Assembly: GCF_000281045.1 (NCBI RefSeq)
Contig: NW_008246069.1
Span: forward strand, 630,437 to 694,436
Length of the DNA: 64,000 bases
Direction of reading: 5' to 3'
Source: Saprolegnia diclina VS20
Taxonomy: Eukaryota
In this document: positions 47,378 to 59,719 of the stretch, in pieces
Position numbering within the stretch: the stretch's first letter is position 1
Layout of the letters: every line of letters starts with the position of its first letter
Made by a program: the position numbers and the translations under genes
Notes under the pieces: generated by a model
Database searches by the model: none
Seen by the model: the letters and a program-made list of their open reading frames with translations, nothing else
What the model was told of the DNA's origin: nothing

Positions 47378-49822
47378 TTAAATGATGTCGTAGAGCTCGG
47401 GCGCGGGGTCGTGGAGGTTGGCCGAGAGCCACAGCATGGACGGCGTCACATCGAGCATGGCCGTGTCCGCGTCGACGAGTATCCTCTGCGAACGAAAGTG
47501 CCATCTCCAACAACAAGAAGTAACGTACCGGTGTGAGCTGGCCAAGGCCGCTCGGGCGCTCGGCGGTCAGCGAAAAGTTGCCGGGCAGCGACGTGCGGCT
47601 CGAGCGGCGGGTTTGGTTGAACATGCTAAAGCGGATAAAGCCCAGCAGCCGCGCGCCGTACTTGCGTGCGGGCACCGCACTCACGTCCTGCGTGTCCTTG
47701 CACAAGAGCGTGCCAAGCACCCAGCGCTGAACCTATTATACCATCGTGAGGCGCAAATTCGCTTGCGAAGGTGCCTACCGCCCAACGCCAGCTGTATTGC
47801 TGCAGCATGTCAATGATGCCCACGAAGTAGACGTCGCCAAGGTCCTTGGAGGGCACGTGGTTGCAGAGGCCCGCGACGGGGGCTTCGTCGCCCGAGAGGT
47901 GCTTGACACCAACGAGGATGCTACGATGCCTGAGAGTCCATAGAACATAGCGTCAACGACACCTGTAGTCCATGATGTTTTGCTCGGCGAGAAACGTAAT
48001 ATCGGACTTGAGCTGGCCTTGCATCGCCGTCGCGTTCGCGTCTGAGAGATGCATGCACCGGTGGATGCGTGAAAAGTCAATGTCGAGCATGAGCGGCTCG
48101 ATACACCTGCGCGCGAGCGTGTCCTGCATGACGCGCTCCACGTCACCGTCTGGGATCGCTTGCCGACGGTCCGTGTTGCCCTTGATGTCGTACACCTCGT
48201 GAACCGGTCCTACATGGCTCTTCTTTCCATGTCTTGAGGTAGAGGTATGGATACCTTCGTTGAAGAGGTTTTGCATGACGACAAAGTACATGCACCGAGT
48301 GCCGACGGGCAGCGTGATCGAGTGACAGCCAAAGTACCGGCAGAGGTGCGTCGCGCGGTGCGTCACGAGGTACTTGTAATACGCCGGTCTACGCAGGACA
48401 TGGATCGATACCATCCATATCGGTTCCCGTACAAGATGGACCGGAGCACGTCAAACTCGGACCGGGGCACGCTCTTGACCATAAACTGCGCATTGTCTGC
48501 CATGCATCCATAAGAAACGAGCGAGACCGTCCACGTCGTACGGGTAAAGTACATGATGTTGCCGCTCTTGCCCTTGAGGCCGCACTCGCGCAGCCCCTCG
48601 GAGCGCGCAAACGCATCGCGGTACGAGGCCGCGTCGATGCCAAAGAGCTCGCGGATCGACTGAAACACGAGCGGCGCGACGTCCGTGAAGCGCAGGCGGT
48701 CGGACGCGGTCGCGAGTTGCCCGTGGACGAGGATGCCTTTGGTTTCGACTTTGGCAAACTCGAGCTCGAGCGGGATTTGGCCGGGCACCGTGTCGCGGTC
48801 GCACATGCCCGAGGCCGCTTCGTAGATGCCCGCTTTCGTGCACTCCATGACGCTGTTGCGCATTTGCTGGGCGACGTCGACCGCAAAGTCATCGGCCGTG
48901 TCCCGACCAACTACACGAGCCAATGAAGCGCGAGAACACGATGGGGGTACGTACTTTGGTAGTGGGGGCTGTTGGGCGTGACGGTGTGGTTGGTCATGGT
49001 CGAGAGGCGGCGGCGGGCGACCGACGCCTTGGTCGAGCCCCAGAGGCGAAACACGATCGCCGAGTCAAAGTAGTAGAGCACAAAGACCAAGAGCGTCGAG
49101 AGGCCGAGGAGGAGCTGGTCCAAGTAGTTGGTCGCGCTCGTCGTGCTGTAGTACATCTCGAAGACGTAGAGAATAAGAAACCCGACGCTCATGGCCGCAA
49201 AGACGGCGAGGTACGGGAGGATGAGCATCGCCATGTTGCGCGTCGAGACGTGCGCCTCGTACTGCAGCACGCGCGACTTGGCCCACGCGACGCGGAGTGC
49301 GATGCCAATGTAGAGGAGCACCGCGTACGAGGGCAAGACGATCCAGACGCGCATGACGCCGTCGTGAAAGTCGCGCTGGAAAAAGCCAAAGCGGAAGATG
49401 ACGGTCCAAATGCCCGCGGCCGGCCACGCGTGTGCGTGGTGGATCAAGTTATTCGACGCAAACGGCAGGAACGGGTTGGAGAGCGACGAGATGAGGTCCA
49501 TGGCGAGCATGAGGTACCAGAAGATGGTCGCTGCGTCAAAGTAGATGTAGCACCAGAACGGCCCGAGCGCGCGGCTCGTCGCCGCGTCTGCAAGGTTGGC
49601 GACGTCGAGGACCGTCGTTGTCGAAGGTGCGTCGCTGAGGAGGACGAGCTCCATGGCAGCGCGGGCGATCATGGCGGCACACGACGCAATCACGATGCAG
49701 ATAAGTACCGGACCCGGGTGCGCTCGCTTCTTGGCATCGTGGATGAAGACGTAGATGGTCGCGACAAGGATACCCGTGCCCGTGCCGAGCATCAGCGCCT
49801 GCCACGCGAGTGCAGCCGTCAT
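47378..49822 (-). CDS. GPCR-PIPK paralog 2, multi-exon
   Basis: 7TM (HPGPVL..., FWYLMLAMDLISSLSNPFLPF); MRNSVMECTKAGI; GKSGNIMYFT, FMVKS, YDIKGN, NIMDY, FVGIIDMLQQY, SAVPARKYGAR. Confidence 0.88.
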
Positions 49823-50120
49823 AGCGCAAATGAAGCCTTGCGATCTCCCGCGAGGAGTCGCATGGTCCCGAGATCGGCGAATCCGCCGTCGGAGATACTG
49901 TGCAAGTTGCTGTGTCGGGCGGATTCGGCATGTGCAACGGCCAAAATGCCGAAAATAAGCGGTCGCGGTCTCGTCATGCAACATCATGTCCAGCGGCGCG
50001 CGAGATTATTTCTCCCTTTCGAGGCAGAAGCGACCGTTCAAGACGCATACCAAGTGCGTTCCATGGCTGCCTTCCAGCGCTGTCATTCGATATTTCATGT
50101 CCTCTAGTATCCGCTGATGC

Positions 50121-50180
50121 GCCAAGCTAAGCTTGGCAGTGGCAGTCGTTGCCTTGGCGGTGGCAGTCGTTGCCTTGGCG
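50121..50180. repeat. 17-bp palindrome followed by a perfect 21-bp direct repeat in a divergent intergenic region
   Basis: gccaagct-a-agcttggc (50121-50137); gtggcagtcgttgccttggcg twice (50139-50159, 50160-50180). Confidence 0.85.
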
Positions 50181-50599
50181 GGGGCATGAACCTAGCTGCA
50201 ATTGGCTGTTGTCACGTCGTTGTGACGATGTGCAGCGACGTAGTATCAGCGGCTTGCGCATTTGCACCTGTTACCTCCGACAACCCTTTCGATTCGACTT
50301 GATTTGTCCATCAGCGCTTGATACATTTCAGTCCGTCTCGCCGGTTCAATTCCTCTGAGCGGCCGCGTACTTCATCGCCAAAGCCGTGTTGGATGACCAA
50401 TGCGCCTTGGCTCGAGTAGCATCGGTCGCTTGAATCTCAAGCCTGGCGTGCTGCCCATCGCCACCAACGCACCCAATGCGAATGCCGAAAATAAGCGCGG
50501 GAAGGTTATCCGGATGATTGGCACCAGCGTTTCCGGATACATGTGGGACGCAGTGAGTGGGAGTTTGAGTCTGGCGACGGGGAGCGCAGGAAGAGGAAG

Positions 50600-52839
50600 A
50601 TGGAGGACCCGAACCGGCAGCTGCTGTACGAGTGGACGCGCGTACGTCGCTGCGCAGGATCATGCAGCATGACCTCTTACATGCGTGGCTAGGACGACGA
50701 CCTCTGCAGCCTCCGCGCCCAAGTCCGCAAGGTATGCTCGTCCCACGCTCGAAAGATCGCGTACCCAGGATCCGTAGATCAATGGCTTTTACAAGGAAAA
50801 GCTGGCCGAGTACGCCAACGTGCTCGACGAGTACGAGCGTGGCGTCAATGGCACGGTGCGCGCGCCGTCGGTCTGCGACCCCATGGAGCGCCGCATGGTC
50901 GAGCTGGCCAAGCACGAGTGGATCATCCTGCACCAGCGACTGCTGTGGCTGCGCCAGTTTCAGATCTCAAGCCACGCAGGTTGAATCAGTCTTGTCGCTC
51001 ATCATGCTACATGCTCCAGGGTAGATCTTACGGCACGGGCCCCGCTGGCCATAACGATTCTCGACGTATGTACGTCGTCCAAGCTCCTCCTCCTGACCAT
51101 GGACGTATAGGACGTGGACTTTGCCGACTTGGACAAGACAAACGCACAGATCGTGCGCCTCGAGTCGCTCGTGACGCGCGTGTTCTTCGGCGGCGACTGG
51201 CGCGCGGCCAACCGCGAGCTGTACCCGCTGAGCGAGGAGCACATCATTTGGTCGGGCTTCTACTTTGGTATGCGCACGGGCATGATGCTCATCCTCCTCC
51301 TCTGGGTGCTCTGGGACAGCGTCATTGACGACTCGTACCACCACAACCTGTGGCACTCGTCCGTCATCGCCGTCTACCGAGGCATCGGCGTCCTTGTCCT
51401 CCTCGCGTGGTTCTGGTGCCTCCAGCTGTACCTCTTTGACCAGTACGGGCTCGCGTTCCTCCGCGTCTTCCACCTCAAAGCCACCAAGTCGACGCAGTAC
51501 CTCCACTTGCTCCACCAGATCGTGCCAGTCACGTGCATCTACCTCGTCAACCTCCTCGTACGAGCTGCAATTCATGCCGCGTGGGTAACCTCTCGGTGTA
51601 GCTCTATTTCAAGGTGCTGCGCGGTGACCTCGGCGACTACATTCCCGCGCACTACTACCCGCTCATGCTCTACGCCTTCCTCGTCCTCAAGCTCATCTTT
51701 CCGCTCAAGCAGCGCCGGTCGCTCATGCGCACGATTGGCCGGTGAATTCATTCAATTCCTACCTTTCAAGTTGACGCAAGCGTAGGGTCATGGCGGCGCC
51801 GTTCGCGATCGTTCGCTTCCGCGAGTCGTACGTCGGCGATATCCTCACGAGTTTGGTCAAGGTCATGGTCGACCTCGCGTGGTCCACGTGCTACTTTGCC
51901 TCGGGTTCTTCGAGCCCCGTCCTATGCTCCAGCTGATAGTTTGGTGTTCTAGGCGCCTTCTTTGAGGAGGATCCAAAAGGCCAAGACGTGTGCTCGCAAA
52001 GCGATGTGTACCGTACGGTCGTCATCCCGCTCTTCTCCGCTTTGCCCTTGGTACTTCGTCACCTCCTCTTCTTCTTCGGTTAATTGTGGTGTAGTGGTGG
52101 CGCTTCATGCAGAGCATGCGCCGGTACCACGACACGCACGCCCGGTTCCCGCACCTTCCGAACGCGATGAAGTACGCGTGCGCGCAGTCCATTGTGCTCT
52201 TCGCCGTCTTCCACCCGAACCTCAAGCAGCAGGACCGCGAGTGGACCGTGTACCAGTCGTGCTACATGGTCGCGTGGGTGGGCACGACCATGTACCAGTT
52301 CGTCTGGGATATCTACATGGATTGGGGCCTCGGCGATCTCAAATCGGGGTTTCTGCGCCAAACGCTCTTGTACCCCAAGTGGACCTACTACGTTGCGATC
52401 GTGCTCGACTTTTTCCTGCGCTTCTTCTGGACGCTCACGCTCGTGCCGTCCTCTGGGTACGGTCCGATTCCCGGTCACATCCAGGTACCCCACGACCCAT
52501 CATACATAGCAGGAAACGGATGGTCGTAGCTCTACTTGGACCCGGTGCTGGCTTCTGCCGAAGTGTTTCGACGAAGCATGTGGGGTCTTCTCCGCGTCGA
52601 GTACGAACACATTGTCGTGCAGTCCATGGACCAAGAATCGCCGAGCTCCACCGACAGGTTGCATCTTAGTTTGTGTCGTTTTCTTATTTAACGTACACTG
52701 TAGCGAGATCGACTACGAAGAGGAAGAGGAAGACACGTCGCCCAAGTCGTACCCGATCCGCGTCTTCATCGAGATCACCGTCATCGTCGTGCTCGTCGTG
52801 ACGGTGGCTCTTGTCGCGATTGCGTCTCGATCGGTCTAA
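50600..52839 (+). CDS. XPR1/SYG1/PHO1-like EXS-family membrane protein with truncated SPX-like N-terminus, multi-exon
   Basis: INGFYKEK, GDWRAANREL, VRFRESYVGDILTSL, RFMQSMRRY, HLPNAMKY, YQFVWDIYMDWGL, LDFFLRF.W, EVFRRSMWGLLRVEYEH. Confidence 0.85.
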
Positions 52840-52843
52840 ACCT

Positions 52844-54644
52844 CTATCTCCCGGTCACAGCGTCGCGCTTGCGGTCCATCTCGGCCAGGACCACCTTTGT
52901 TGAGCCAATCAGACTCATTTTGTCATATACCTTTGCGGTACCGTTGCGGCCACCTCGCTGGCGCGGCAAGGTCGGACATGCGGATCGACGTCCCATCGCA
53001 GGAGCGAGCCAAACACTTGGCTCAACGGCACTGCATTCGGCGGCTTGGCGCAGAGACGTCTACAAGAGCACTGCGTACAAGTTCGAATCAAACGGCCTCG
53101 GCGTACGTGAGCGCAGCAGCAATGTTGATTGGGGTGCACTCGGAAAAGAGCACTTCAGGCATCAAGGTGCTACGGAGGGATGAGCACTTGCGACACAGCG
53201 TGGTGGTGGACCGTGAGCTCATAATGTTGGGCAGCGAGACGTGCTGCACACGCGCGAGGGACCGAGCAAGGACCTCGGTGACGCGGTTGGCGCGGTAGAT
53301 GACGACGGTCGGCAGGCCCGCGAGCGCTGCTTCCAGCACGACCGTGCCCGAGACGGCGATCGCTGCATGGCTTTGCTATCACCAATGTTGGCGCCCTTAT
53401 TTTCGCAGAGTTGACAAACCTGAAAGAGCGACCGCTTCTTGCTCGCGTCGTCCGTGACGTGCACTGTACACGGGATCGACCAGTCGGCCAAGTGGGCGCG
53501 GACGAGGGGCGCGACCGCCGATATGGTCGGAAACACCACGTGAATCTACGTGCCCAACGTGTCTTCATCTGCCTGTCTCTGGCGCTTCTACCGGCGCTGC
53601 TCTCGCTTGCGCATGGAGTTCAATGGCTTGGCGCACCAGCGAGATCGTTTGCAACACCTCGTTCTCTCGGCTACACGAAGCTTTCGACTTGTGCTCAGTA
53701 AGATCAAACCGCACCTGCCAACGAGCGCGCAGATGGTCCACGTTGGCGCCTTCAGCTGCGCCCGTTCGGCTGCAATGGTCGCTAGGATCGCTTGCGTCTT
53801 GCGCGCGGCGTGCGCATCGTACGGCAGCCACGGCGACGGCGGCAGTAGCTCGACCGATGACGCGTCGTGTGTCGGCAAAGCCGTCTCAAAGAGGCGATGG
53901 ACATCGCCAAAGTCTTCGAGAGCCGGGTGGCCGACAAAGGTTACGACTGGTCGCGCCTCTGCGCGCGGCTGAAAGAGCAGCGCTTCAAAAGGCAGGAGCA
54001 CGAGCATGTGATCCATGAGGCGCGAGAGGCCGGTTGCTGTCGCCTCCATGTGCTTGAACTTGTGATTGTACGCCCACGTAGACGGCGCTACGTAGTGCAC
54101 GACGGCCGCTTTGCGTCGTACGGACGCAACGTCGACTAGGCATCCGATGAGATGGGAGCGAATCCGTTGGCGACGTACGCTTGTCCACGACGCGAAGCAC
54201 GTGGTAGAGAAGGCCCTGGGCGCTCAAGGTGCGCAGCACTCGAAACGTAAAGCCCTTCGAGTCGATGGTCACGACCGCGTCCGGCGCGCAAGCGTGAATG
54301 TCCTTGGCGACGGCATGGAGATGACCCTACCGATATGTGGTACGAATGCGTGAAGGCGCGTGTGCGTACCAGCGTCGACCAGAGCTTCGGCAACACCTCG
54401 GTGAGACCCATAAACGATAATTCCTTCATGGGAAAGAGCGATGCAAAGCGGCCTTGCTTGGTCATCTGCGGCCTGCCATAGTAGCTCGTGAACGTGTTGC
54501 ACCTCGTAGCGCCTACCCGCCAACGCCGCGGAAGGTGACCGAAGGCTCCTTGGTCTGCAGGGCACGGATGAGCTTGGCGCCGATGGCATCACCCGATGCT
54601 TCGCCGGCGATGATGTACACGACGCGCTGGGTTGCCGGGCGCAT
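52844..54644 (-). CDS. lpxB: Lipid-A-disaccharide synthase, multi-exon
   Basis: YIIAGEASGD, FRGVGG, LSFMGLTEVLP, TIDSKGF, HYVAPSTWAY, LLPFE, FVGHP, SGTVVLEAALAGLP, VSLPNI, PEVLFSECTP. Confidence 0.92.
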
Positions 54645-55001
54645 CGTCTCCCGCTTGCAGGAGTATCAAATTGAATCAGTGGACTAAAATTACCCAATTT
54701 TGGAGCTGGCGGATGCTGTGCCAAATGCACAGGCTCTTTCAAGGCGAGATGCGATCGACTTGACATCACAGCTATCGGCATTTCGCCATGGTCGCTGAAG
54801 CGCCACGAACGATCGCTGGAACCACGGCGTCGTATTCTCGCAGTAGCCGCGAAAATGGAGTGTTTTTAGCTGCATCCAGCCCTCTGCGACGAATCTTTGG
54901 CAATATCCGGTTGTTGGAGGAAGCGTCCGGATGACGGCGCAAAATTAGACCGAAAACAACCCAGCAAAGAACAGTCCGTCGTCGCGCAGCCTCCGGGGAG
55001 C

Positions 55002-58000
55002 ATGGAGATCGAGGTCGCGCATGGAGACGAAGGCCGAGAAGAGCATGACGATGGGCTCTTCCTGGACGCGCTATCCCACGATGAAGGCGCGCTGTCACCG
55101 ACGGCGCAGCTCCGCGAGCTCGACCTGCACGAAGATCACTTTGTCGAGCAGCATCGATCGCCAGTGACAGACCTCTCGTTCTCGATGATGCTCGAGACAA
55201 AGAGCAAGAGTCGAAGCCTCTCGAAGAAGCGTTTGGGCTACCCGCGGTCCGGGCCCTACATGCTCTCGACGCTCAAGGAAGAGACCGACTCTCCCGAGCC
55301 GCGGTCGGCGAAGCGCAACCCGTTCCAGTACAACTCGGACGAGAACGACGCAGACGAGCTCGCTTGGGAGCTCAAGGAGCAGCTCGCCCAGGAGCGTGAA
55401 GACGACAACGCGTGGTCCCACAGCGACGTGCAGGGCGAAGACGTCTACCGTTTCGTGCAGCCGCGCCGCCTCTCGTCCTGGGTCCAAGACGACGCGGTGT
55501 ACGCGTGCTTCAAGTGCCACACGGAGTTTACGCTCCTCATCCGAAAGCACCACTGCCGCGCGTGCGGGCGCATCTTTTGCAACGTGTGCTCCAACCAGCG
55601 CCTCGTCATCCCCATCGACTACGAGTCGACGCCCGTGTCGTACGCCATGCACGGCCAGGCGCAGTACGCGTCCTACTCGAGCGCGATTGCGTCCAATGCC
55701 ACCGAAGTCATCGGGTCGCTCGGGTACTATGTCTGGTCGTACAACTCGGCGACGCCCGCGCTCTCGGCGTCGGCGGACGACTTTACCGAGTTCCACGGCA
55801 GCTGCTCGAGCTCCTCGACGTCGTTTCTCGACGAGGTACGCAGGCGAATGCTTTGGGACGTTGCTCACGTGCGCGTGTAGATGCAGCACTCGGCCGAGCT
55901 CGAGCGCGACCGCTTTCTGCGCAGCATGACGAGCCTCGAGCAGCGCGGCGTCGTGGCCAAGTTTACGCCGTCGGCAGTCTCATTGCACAAGCTCAAGATG
56001 CTTCAGCAGGCGCCAAAAGGAAGCGTGCTGCAGCGTGTTTGTGACGACTGCGCGTCGGCTCTGCAGCAGCGCCGACAGCACTACAACACGGTTCGGGTGT
56101 TTGAGCTTTGCGGATGGGACATCCAGACTCTGCGTGTGCTGGGGCAGGTCTGCCGCAAGTGGCACCGCGCGTCCATCATGTGTCTCTCGACGTTCCGGCA
56201 GATCCAGTACTACCTTCCGTCGCACCCGCTCAGTCCGCGCGAGAAGGACCTTCTCATCCGCAACCGCCGCTTCCTCGCAGGTCATTCCAAATGGTAGGCA
56301 CCGCAGACATGGATCCGCGTGACGTCACCGTGTGTAGGCTACTGCAGCTCGTCAAGGCCGTTGATGTCTCCAAGGAACACTCGACCGACCCGATCGTCGA
56401 CGATATCTTGGCACTCATGCAAGCGCCGCGCACGCACAACTGCATGCTCACCATGTGCTCGCGGCTCTGCCGGCACGAGCTCGAGAGCGTCGACGCGCTT
56501 GAGATTCTCTCCAACGCCAACGTCCAGCACATTGGCTTGCGCGACCTCTGCGTGCGCGCGCTGCAGCGAAAGGCATCGCCGGACGACTGGATGAGCTTCC
56601 TCCCCATTGTGCTACACTCGCTCAGCGTCGAGACGTGCGCTAGCAGCCTCGGCAATGCGATCGTCTCGCAAGCGCTCGTGAACCCGCGCTTCTGCAGCGA
56701 CCTCTACTGGGGCCTCTCGGTGCTTGCCGAAGACCGCCGCTGCCGACGCAAATTTGACGGCTTCCGACAGCGCCTCCTCCTCCGCCTCGTGGCGGCCAAC
56801 GGTGACATGGCGTCCCAGCTGCTTTACGGCCAAGAGTTTGTCGACATCTTGTGGCAGCTGCCGCACCGCGCCGAGCAGAGCGTCGTCGTGAGTCGGCTCG
56901 AGCACGAAGTGTCCAAGTCGGGTCTTTTTGCCGCGACGCCGCTCCGACTACCGGTCGAGCCGATGCTCACGATCTCGGGCATCCAGTACGCGTCGCTCAA
57001 GGTCATGCGCAGCGCAGAGGCCCCGGTCATCGTCACGTGCACGGGCGTCGAGAACGCTGACGCATCGCCGTCAACGCACGCACTGCGACAAACGTACCGG
57101 CTCATGTACAAGCGTGACGATCTGCGCAAGGACGCAGCCGTGCAAAACATCATCCGCGTCATGTACACGATCCTCAAGCAGGAGACGCAAATGTTCAACT
57201 CGGCGCTCGTCACGTACCGTGTGATCCCGACGTCGAGCTACGACGGACTCATCGAGATCGTCGAGAACGCCCATACGCTCTACGCCATCATTCGCGAGCA
57301 CGGCAACATCATGCATTTTTTACACCACTACAACGGCCACCGCGTACGACTCGCTTCTTGCATATGGACAAGGTGTCTGAGATTGGTGTAGACGCTCAGT
57401 GACATTTCGACGTCGTTTCGCGAGTCGTTGGCGGCCTACACCGTCATTACGTTTCTCCTCGGCGTCGGGGACCGGCATGCAGAGAACGTCATGCTCACGA
57501 ACGACGGCAACCTCTTCCACATCGACTATGGCTTTATCTTGGGGAAGGACCCAAAGCCGCTCCAGCCACCCATGCGCCTCGATAAGAACATGCTCGATGC
57601 GCTCGGCGGACCGCTTCAGGTCGAAGCTTTCAAGAACTCGTGCGTCGTCGCCTTCAACTGCCTACGGCGCCACGTGAGCTTGTTCTTGCTCATGCTGCGG
57701 CTCGTGGTCGATGCCATTCCGGAGATTACGGATTTTGGCGTCAACTACACGCAGGCCGACCTCGACGCGTTTGTCATCGAGCGCTTCTTGCCCGGGCAGT
57801 CGGACGAAGAGGCGGCGACCGCGCTCAAGCTGCGCATGGAAGGCAAGTTCAACGAGAAGATTGGCTTGACGCTGAGCGACTTTGTCCACGCCCATGCGAG
57901 CGAAAAGACGGTCACAAAGGGCATGAGCTCCGTCAAGGTCGGCGTCGAAAGCGTCGGTGGCGCCGTGCACTCGGTCGCCAACTCGCTCACAAGCAGCGCC

Positions 58001-58045
58001 AGCTCGCTCCTCAAGTACGTCTGGGGCAGCAATATCGGGTCCTGA
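55002..58045 (+). CDS. FYVE-domain phosphatidylinositol 3/4-kinase family protein, multi-exon
   Basis: WVQDD..C..C...RKHHCRACGRIFC..C...RVCDDC; helical region; SAEAP, YKRDDLRKD, GLIEIV, LLGVGDRHAEN, FHIDYGFILGKDPKP. Confidence 0.9.
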
Positions 58046-58286
58046 GGCGTCTGTGATTGTTTAAAACACATTTAACTATCGACTCTTCCTTGTCCATCTC
58101 CCTTTGGTAGCCCTGCAAGCGAGTGCTGCCACGTCATTTACCTCTTGGAATGCATACGTCCGATCTATCGGCTCGTAGAGGTTTTCCAGAAATAAAAATA
58201 TTGTGTTGACATACAAACCTACAGAGACAAAAAGTCGAGTTGAAATAATACGACGGCGACTTTGACGCCACAGAGAGAAGAGACCG

Positions 58287-59342
58287 ATGGCGCTGCCTGT
58301 TGACACGTCCCAGACCGACGCCTTGAACCTGCAGGTGCTGCAGCGCCAGGACAACCAGATCAGCGAGCTCGTGGGCACCGCCAGCCACGTCGTCGTCTAC
58401 GAGTTCGACCAGGCCGACCAGTCGTGGGTACGCGGCTACGACCGATGCCACGCAGGCTGCTCATGTGTGCGTAGAAGCGCAAGGAGGTCGAGGGCTCGCT
58501 CTTTGTCGTCAAGCGGTACGAACGACATGGCTAACGCCAATGTCAAGCAGCTGGGTGTAGGTACTCGGCGCCCCACTTCCAAGTGTTTGTCAACAACCGC
58601 CTCAGCACGGTCAACCTTGCGATTGGCGTCGATGCCACCTTGAACGTGGACAACGTGGACGAGTTTCTGATCATTCGCTGCGTGGACACCGTACGCGTTG
58701 TATGCACGTCCATGGCGTAGCTCATGTCGGTGTGTAGACGTCGCCGAGCGGCTTCAAGATCTATGGCATTTGGTTCTTCCCGGAAGAAGACCGGCAAAAG
58801 ACGCTGCAGCTCCTCGAGCGGTACGCCGACTTGCGCGCTTCACGAGGTTTGATGGATTCTCGACAGCATTCTGGCGTCCATCAAGAGCGGTGGCCCTTTG
58901 ACACCGACGCCCCGCCAGCAACGACCGCAGCCCGTGCAACAGCAACAACAACAGCGACCGCAGCCCGCCGTGGTCCAAGAACCTGCGACCGCAAAGAAGG
59001 TACGGCGTCTTTTTTTGTGGGAATGATGAAACAACGTGCGTGTAGGCAACACAGTCGTTCGGCCCGATTGGGTCCCCGAAGCGCGCAGCCAGCAAGGTCT
59101 TGAGCAAGGCGGAAGGCATTGCCGCGGGCGAAGCCATTCTCGGCATGATTTCGCAAAACACGCAGGCGGAAGATGCGCCAAGCAACGCGGAGGCGACGAC
59201 GCCGCCGTCCAACGCCGGGCGCCGCAGCCGCCGCAAGGACCGGACGCTCAACAAGGACCAGTTCAAGGACGCGCTCCTCACGTGTCTCGAGGACCCTGCG
59301 TTTCTAGACCAGATCTACCAAGCGTACGCGAAGAAGCAATAA
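58287..59342 (+). CDS. DCP1: mRNA decapping activator Dcp1, multi-exon
   Basis: LNLQVLQRQD...ASHVVVYEF...W.RKEVEGSLFVVKR, NNRLS, IYGIWF (EVH1); C-terminal LNKDQFKDALL...FLDQIYQAY. Confidence 0.9.
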
Positions 59343-59719
59343 GCCATTTGCGTGCTGGAATAGCGCCTCCTCGTGTACTATTACGTAGTCTAGTCCGTCG
59401 ACATGGTGTTGCTGCGTTGGCGGGGTAGGGGTGGGAAACCAGTGTTTTTACACGGAAAACGTGTGAAATTGCCGTGCGAAATATTGGCCTGCAATTATTC
59501 CGTACAAACAGCCTGATAATAAAATACTCTTCGTGTGGTAAATGCTATTTGTGTGGTAAATACTTTCACACGCGTGGTTGAAGATGGGCGCCTGTCTACT
59601 GGGCCAACAGCTGTGTTGACCGGACGCAGGATTGCGCACACGTTTGCGTGTACACTGTGGCGCGCCTTCCGCGAACCTTCGGCTTTGATGGGCCCGGCGG
59701 TCGCACAAACCAATCTGCC

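Noticed and set aside
15865..58045. Apparent enrichment of Ca2+/phosphoinositide genes as a functional cluster
   Set aside because: Inflated by tandem duplicates and interspersed with unrelated genes; no evidence of co-regulation
59533..59561. gtgtggtaaat repeated twice upstream of the EEP gene
   Set aside because: Only two short copies; cannot be distinguished from chance or slippage
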